Assembly: GCA_001791045.1 (NCBI GenBank)
Contig: MGDT01000004.1
Coordinates: 136,767 to 200,766 of the forward strand
Length of the DNA stretch: 64,000 bases
Origin: Candidatus Uhrbacteria bacterium RIFCSPHIGHO2_01_FULL_63_20
Lineage (GTDB): Bacteria; Patescibacteriota; Patescibacteriia; UBA9934; GWF2-40-263
Direction: 5' to 3'
Below are positions 59,860 to 64,000 of this stretch, in pieces (position 1 is the first letter of the stretch; each line of letters starts with the position of its first letter). The notes beneath the pieces are model-generated. The model did no database searches, was not told the origin of the DNA, and saw nothing but the letters and a program-made list of their open reading frames with translations. Made by a program: the position numbers and the translations under genes.

Positions 59860-60207
59860 TATGGCCCGCCCTCAAGAGTGGACGTGTATGGGTGGGGTGA
59901 GCCCGTTTGGGCTCCGGGTTCCGGTCGCGAAGGATCGCGGTCGGGACTCGAAGCCCAGGCGGACATCTACAGGCCACGCCATAAGATGGTCCAACGCACT
60001 CCTCTACCATTCAATGGTTTTGCTCGCATGATGAGTTCCGAGAAGGAATTCATCTGTGGGGGCGCGAGCGAACCGAGACGTTTGCCTCTTCTGCTTGATT
60101 GCTCAAGTCAGAACAGTAGAGAAGCGGGATGGCCTGCGAAAGTTCGCGGTTCCCGTGGGGCAGGAATCGCGTGTTGGACCTTCGCAGGGTCTCCCAATGG
60201 TTGGGAG
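59860..60207 (+). ncRNA. candidate large structured ncRNA (unassigned)
   Basis: Multiple G-U-rich helices and a possible pseudoknot in an intergenic region with no credible ORF. Confidence 0.45.
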
Positions 60208-60328
60208 GTTGAAAAGAACATCGTGGGTACTGAGATATATTAGCATGAACAAAAGATGTTGTCAAAGGATAAAGATAGCGCTCAATATAGCAATGAAATG
60301 AAAAAATGGCCTTGAAGACCATTTTTTC

Positions 60329-60368
60329 TTATCCACAATTTCAGGTGGATAACAACAAGTTATCCACA
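60329..60368. promoter_or_regulatory. cluster of three DnaA boxes
   Basis: TTATCCACA (60329), GGTGGATAA (60344, reverse, 8/9 match), TTATCCACA (60360), next to an AT-rich stretch. Confidence 0.7.
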
Positions 60369-60369
60369 T

Positions 60370-61644
60370 TTAGTAACACAGGGTCACGCTCGTATGCATC
60401 CAACCGTTGTTCATGCCTACGGACCGGAACTGCCGGGATACATCCGTAAGGAGCGTGGGTCGGTATCCGTCCTGCACGGCATCCGCGGCGGCGAGGAGTT
60501 CGGGGAGTCGGGCAAAAAGGAAATTCCCGAGGCATGGATCCTTCCGGTTCCGTCCCGCCTTATCGATCCAGGATTGGATGAGCGACCGGTCGTTTCCAAT
60601 CAACAGGGTGTCCACAGAGGTTAGGGCATGCATGGATCGCCCATCGTCCATCGGCACGGTCAGAAGCTCGTGACCCGAAAGTACCGAGGATTGGACAGTC
60701 ATCCGACTCGGGTCGGCGACAATCTCCATGGCACGGCTCTTATCTGGCAGTTCCCAAGTCTGCGCCTTAGGGCTTTGAAGCGCCGCAGCCAGGCGAATGA
60801 CGTCTTTTGGCTCATCTTCGCCAAAATTTTCCTTGTTGATGGCAAAAAGGAACGCTCCGTCATGGCCAAGAATCACCGATCCGATGCCGGAAACCCAGTT
60901 CGTGATGGTTTGGGCGTCCGGGCCGTCGAACGGCACGGCAATGGCATTAAAAGGGATGGAAATCCACGAAATATCAGTGTTTGGCAATAGTGGCGTAGCC
61001 AAAGCGGCCAAAATCGCTTCGCCCCCCGTGGGATCCATGGTTGGGAGATTGGTATCAGGAAGGCGAAGTTCCAGGAAACGATCATTTCCGTAGATCGTGG
61101 CACGGGTTCCGTCGTTAAAAACCGCTACACCAAGCTTCTTTTTTCCACTCCATACGGCCGCAGGCATGCTCCATCCGCGCCCGCGTCCCATTCCATGGAC
61201 GGATTCAAGACGATCTGAAAGGTGAAACACCCCAGGTTTGACCCGTTGCATGGTCATCCCGAAGGAGTCCAGCAGTCCAGGCGGGATGAGGCGCTCTTGC
61301 GTACGGATGGCAACCGACCGATGGCTGTCAGGGCCGATGAATACGGCGAATTCACCTTGAATGAACGGTTCGATGTCTCGGATGGTCATGGGGCGGTTGG
61401 AAACGAGAGGGATGTCGCCAAGCGCACGTTCGATAAGCGGCCAGGATCTGCGACGCGGCTCGAACCGAAGCATGGCCGTGGTGCCGTCCGGTGCGGCCGC
61501 TGACACGCTGTCTCGAGCGAACCAGGCACCGGAAACGGCCCAAGCGAGCGCCAAAAGCGCCATGGACATGAGCAAACGCCACGAAACAACCCGCCGCTGG
61601 CGGGTTGTTTGTGATCTCCCGAGTGGGATCCCAAGGTTTTTCAC
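60370..61644 (-). CDS. hypothetical membrane-anchored protein
   Basis: N-terminal TM segment; directly follows pnp. Confidence 0.7.
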   Translation of the reverse strand: MKNLGIPLGRSQTTRQRRVVSWRLLMSMALLALAWAVSGAWFARDSVSAAAPDGTTAMLRFEPRRRSWPLIERALGDIPLVSNRPMTIRDIEPFIQGEFAVFIGPDSHRSVAIRTQERLIPPGLLDSFGMTMQRVKPGVFHLSDRLESVHGMGRGRGWSMPAAVWSGKKKLGVAVFNDGTRATIYGNDRFLELRLPDTNLPTMDPTGGEAILAALATPLLPNTDISWISIPFNAIAVPFDGPDAQTITNWVSGIGSVILGHDGAFLFAINKENFGEDEPKDVIRLAAALQSPKAQTWELPDKSRAMEIVADPSRMTVQSSVLSGHELLTVPMDDGRSMHALTSVDTLLIGNDRSLIQSWIDKAGRNRKDPCLGNFLFARLPELLAAADAVQDGYRPTLLTDVSRQFRSVGMNNGWMHTSVTLCY

Positions 61645-61647
61645 ATC

Positions 61648-63876
61648 TTATGGGCGGCGCGGGCCGCGGGAAGGACCTCCGAACCCCGGACGAGCCGGCG
61701 GACGGGAACCCATGGCCGCCTCCGGAGGTTTCTCCGGATACATGTTGCCTGGCGCCTGCTTCATGGAAAGGTTGATGCGGCCGAGGTTGTCGATCTCCGT
61801 GACCTTCACATGCACCTCGTCGCCCGATTTCACGATATCACCGGGCTCATTCACGCGCCATGGGGCCATTTCGCTCACGTGCACCAGGCCCTCCTGCTTT
61901 GGGAGGAACTCCACGAACGCGCCGAAGTTCATGAGGCGGGTGACCTTGCCCTTGAAGATCTCGCCCACCTTGGCTTCGCGGGTGATGTTCTGCACCCATT
62001 CGTACGCCTTTTGCGCCGCTTCGGCGTTCGTCGAGGTGATCATCACCAAGCCGTCGTCCTCGATGTCGATGGAACCGACTCCCGTGGTGTCGATGATCTC
62101 GTTGATCACCTTGCCGCCCGGGCCGATCACGTCGCCGATCTTCTCGGGGTTGATGCGCAGGCTGATGATGCGCGGCGCGTACTTCGACAGGTCCGCGCGC
62201 GGTGCGGCGATCGCCTTAAGCATCGCGGTCAAGATGTGCTGGCGACCTTCTTTGGCCTGCGCGAACGTGGTCTCGATGATCTCGCGCGTGAGCCCGTCGG
62301 TCTTCGTGTCCATTTGCACGGCCGTGATCCCCATCGCGGACCCGGCGATCTTGAAGTCCATCCCGCCCGCGCCGTCTTCCAGGTCCTGCAGGTCGGTGAT
62401 CACCTTCCACTTTCCCTTCCCGTCGGTCGCAAGCCCCATGGCGAGCCCGGCCACCGGCGACTTGAGTGGCACGCCCGCGGCCATGAGCGCGAGCGTGGAG
62501 CCGCAGGTGGAAGCCATGGAACTTGATCCGTTAGAGCCGAACACCTCGGACACCGCGCGGATGGTGTACGGGAACGATTCCTTCTCCGGCATCATGCCGA
62601 CGAGCGCCTTTTCGGCGAGCGCGCCGTGGCCGACCTCGCGACGTCCCGGGCCGCGCATGGGTTTCACTTCGCCCACGGAATACGGGGGGAAGTTGTAATG
62701 GTGGAAGTAGCGTTTTTTCTCCACATGCTCCATGCCGTCGAGCTCCTGGGCGTCGCCCGGGCCGCCGAGCGTGATCGTGGAAAGCACCTGCGTGTCGCCG
62801 CGCTTGAAGTGCGCGCTTCCGTGCACGCGCGGGAGCACGTCCACCTCGCACACGAGCGTGCGCACGTCCTTGATGCCGCGACCATCCACGCGTTTGTCAT
62901 CATGCAGGATCGCGAGCGACACCGCTTCCTCCACCACCTCGCCGATGATGCCAGTCCCCATCTTCACCTCCTCGGGGAGGACGCCCTGCTCGAGCAGGAA
63001 CGCTTCGGTGCGCTTCTTCACCTCTTTCTTTTGCGCGGCGCGTTCCGCCTTGCTCGCGCGCGGCGCGCCAAAGAACAGGTCGCGTACCTGTCCGTAGATG
63101 AACGGGCGCGCGATCGTCTCGATCTCCTCGCGACGCTTTACCTTCGCCTTCTCCTCGTCGGATTTCGGCGCGAGCACGTCGCGCTTGTCCTTGCCGATCG
63201 CGGCGCGTACCTCCTCGATGAGCTTCACGGGCACGCCCAAGTGCTTCATCCCGAACCAGAACCCGCCTAGCACCACGTCCTCGGGCGCTTCGGTCGCGCT
63301 CGCCTCCACCATCAGCACCTTCTCGGCAGTCCCGGCGAACTGCAGGTCGAGCACGGACTTCTTGCGCGCCTCGTAGCTCGGGTTCAGCACCCACTCGCCG
63401 CCGATCGAGCCGACGCGCACGCAGGCGATCGGACCTTTCCATGGGATGTCGCTCATGGTGAGCGCGCAGGAGGCGCCGATGAGGCCCAGCACGTCGGGGT
63501 CGTTCTCGCCGTCGAAGGAGAGACAGGTGATCACCACCTGGATGTCGTTCCGGATCTTGCCGTTGAACAGCGGGCGGATGGCGCGGTCGATGGCGCGACC
63601 GACCAAGACGGCCTCATCCGTGGGGCGGCCTTCCTTCTTGATGAAGCGGCTCCCCTTGATGCGGCCGGCCGCGTACAACCGCTCCTCGTATTCCACCGAA
63701 AGCGGGAGGAAGTCGATCCCCTCGCGGATGCCGTCGCTCATGGTCGCGGTCGCGAGCACGATGGTGTCGCCCATGCGCACGGTGCACGAGCCGCCGGCTT
63801 GCGTGGCGTATTTTCCGGTCTCGATGGTCAGCTCTTTCCCTCCCCACTGCGTCGAAAAACTCTTGAGTCCTGCCAT
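61648..63876 (-). CDS. pnp: polyribonucleotide nucleotidyltransferase
   Basis: DFLPLSVEY, RREVGHG, SNGSSSMAS, DMDFK-like GMDFK, KH and S1 domains. Confidence 0.97.
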   Translation of the reverse strand: MAGLKSFSTQWGGKELTIETGKYATQAGGSCTVRMGDTIVLATATMSDGIREGIDFLPLSVEYEERLYAAGRIKGSRFIKKEGRPTDEAVLVGRAIDRAIRPLFNGKIRNDIQVVITCLSFDGENDPDVLGLIGASCALTMSDIPWKGPIACVRVGSIGGEWVLNPSYEARKKSVLDLQFAGTAEKVLMVEASATEAPEDVVLGGFWFGMKHLGVPVKLIEEVRAAIGKDKRDVLAPKSDEEKAKVKRREEIETIARPFIYGQVRDLFFGAPRASKAERAAQKKEVKKRTEAFLLEQGVLPEEVKMGTGIIGEVVEEAVSLAILHDDKRVDGRGIKDVRTLVCEVDVLPRVHGSAHFKRGDTQVLSTITLGGPGDAQELDGMEHVEKKRYFHHYNFPPYSVGEVKPMRGPGRREVGHGALAEKALVGMMPEKESFPYTIRAVSEVFGSNGSSSMASTCGSTLALMAAGVPLKSPVAGLAMGLATDGKGKWKVITDLQDLEDGAGGMDFKIAGSAMGITAVQMDTKTDGLTREIIETTFAQAKEGRQHILTAMLKAIAAPRADLSKYAPRIISLRINPEKIGDVIGPGGKVINEIIDTTGVGSIDIEDDGLVMITSTNAEAAQKAYEWVQNITREAKVGEIFKGKVTRLMNFGAFVEFLPKQEGLVHVSEMAPWRVNEPGDIVKSGDEVHVKVTEIDNLGRINLSMKQAPGNMYPEKPPEAAMGSRPPARPGFGGPSRGPRRP

Positions 63877-64000
63877 ATGTGGGTCATTCCCGCCGGAGCG
63901 GAAGATATCGAGGCCTCCCTCGATGTCTCTGCGTCCCGACGGGATTATTTAGTGATGTTAGAACGACAACCGGCGACGCCGACGCTCCTCTGGCGGCTCC

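Noticed and set aside
59915..59950. SRP (4.5S) RNA call for the long hairpin
   Set aside because: The loop resembles GGAAGG only loosely and lacks the conserved domain IV internal loops.

Overview
High-GC bacterial chromosome segment, probably from a Candidate Phyla Radiation (Patescibacteria/Parcubacteria-like) genome. This is inferred from an unlinked 23S rRNA with insertions and a truncated L1-stalk helix, a tandem VirB2/TrbC-like pilin array and a stand-alone PEP-utilizer mobile-domain gene. The window holds the 5' ~2.4 kb of 23S rRNA, five tRNAs, the dnaN-dnaA-rpmH-rnpA-yidD region, ruvB, polX, galU, an IscS/IscU/ferredoxin cluster, PBP1A, tig, nfo, hppA, rnhB, comM, lspA, a dksA-like gene, pnp, two type II toxin-antitoxin pairs and a RAYT transposase with flanking palindromes. 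The main result is a complete diversity-generating retroelement (DGR) at about 11.1-13.95 kb: RT, an antisense avd, a 130-bp template repeat (TR) and a target gene whose variable repeat (VR) differs from TR at 22 positions, all TR adenines. RT and avd overlap head-to-head across one C10/G10 tract. Adding one base puts both upstream ATGs in frame, so the tract is either a shared phase-variable switch or a homopolymer sequencing error. Other leads are a ~350-nt pseudoknotted candidate ncRNA next to a DnaA-box cluster 14 kb from dnaA, and an Ala-identity tRNA-like element downstream of dnaN. All alignments and folds were done by eye; no searches were run.
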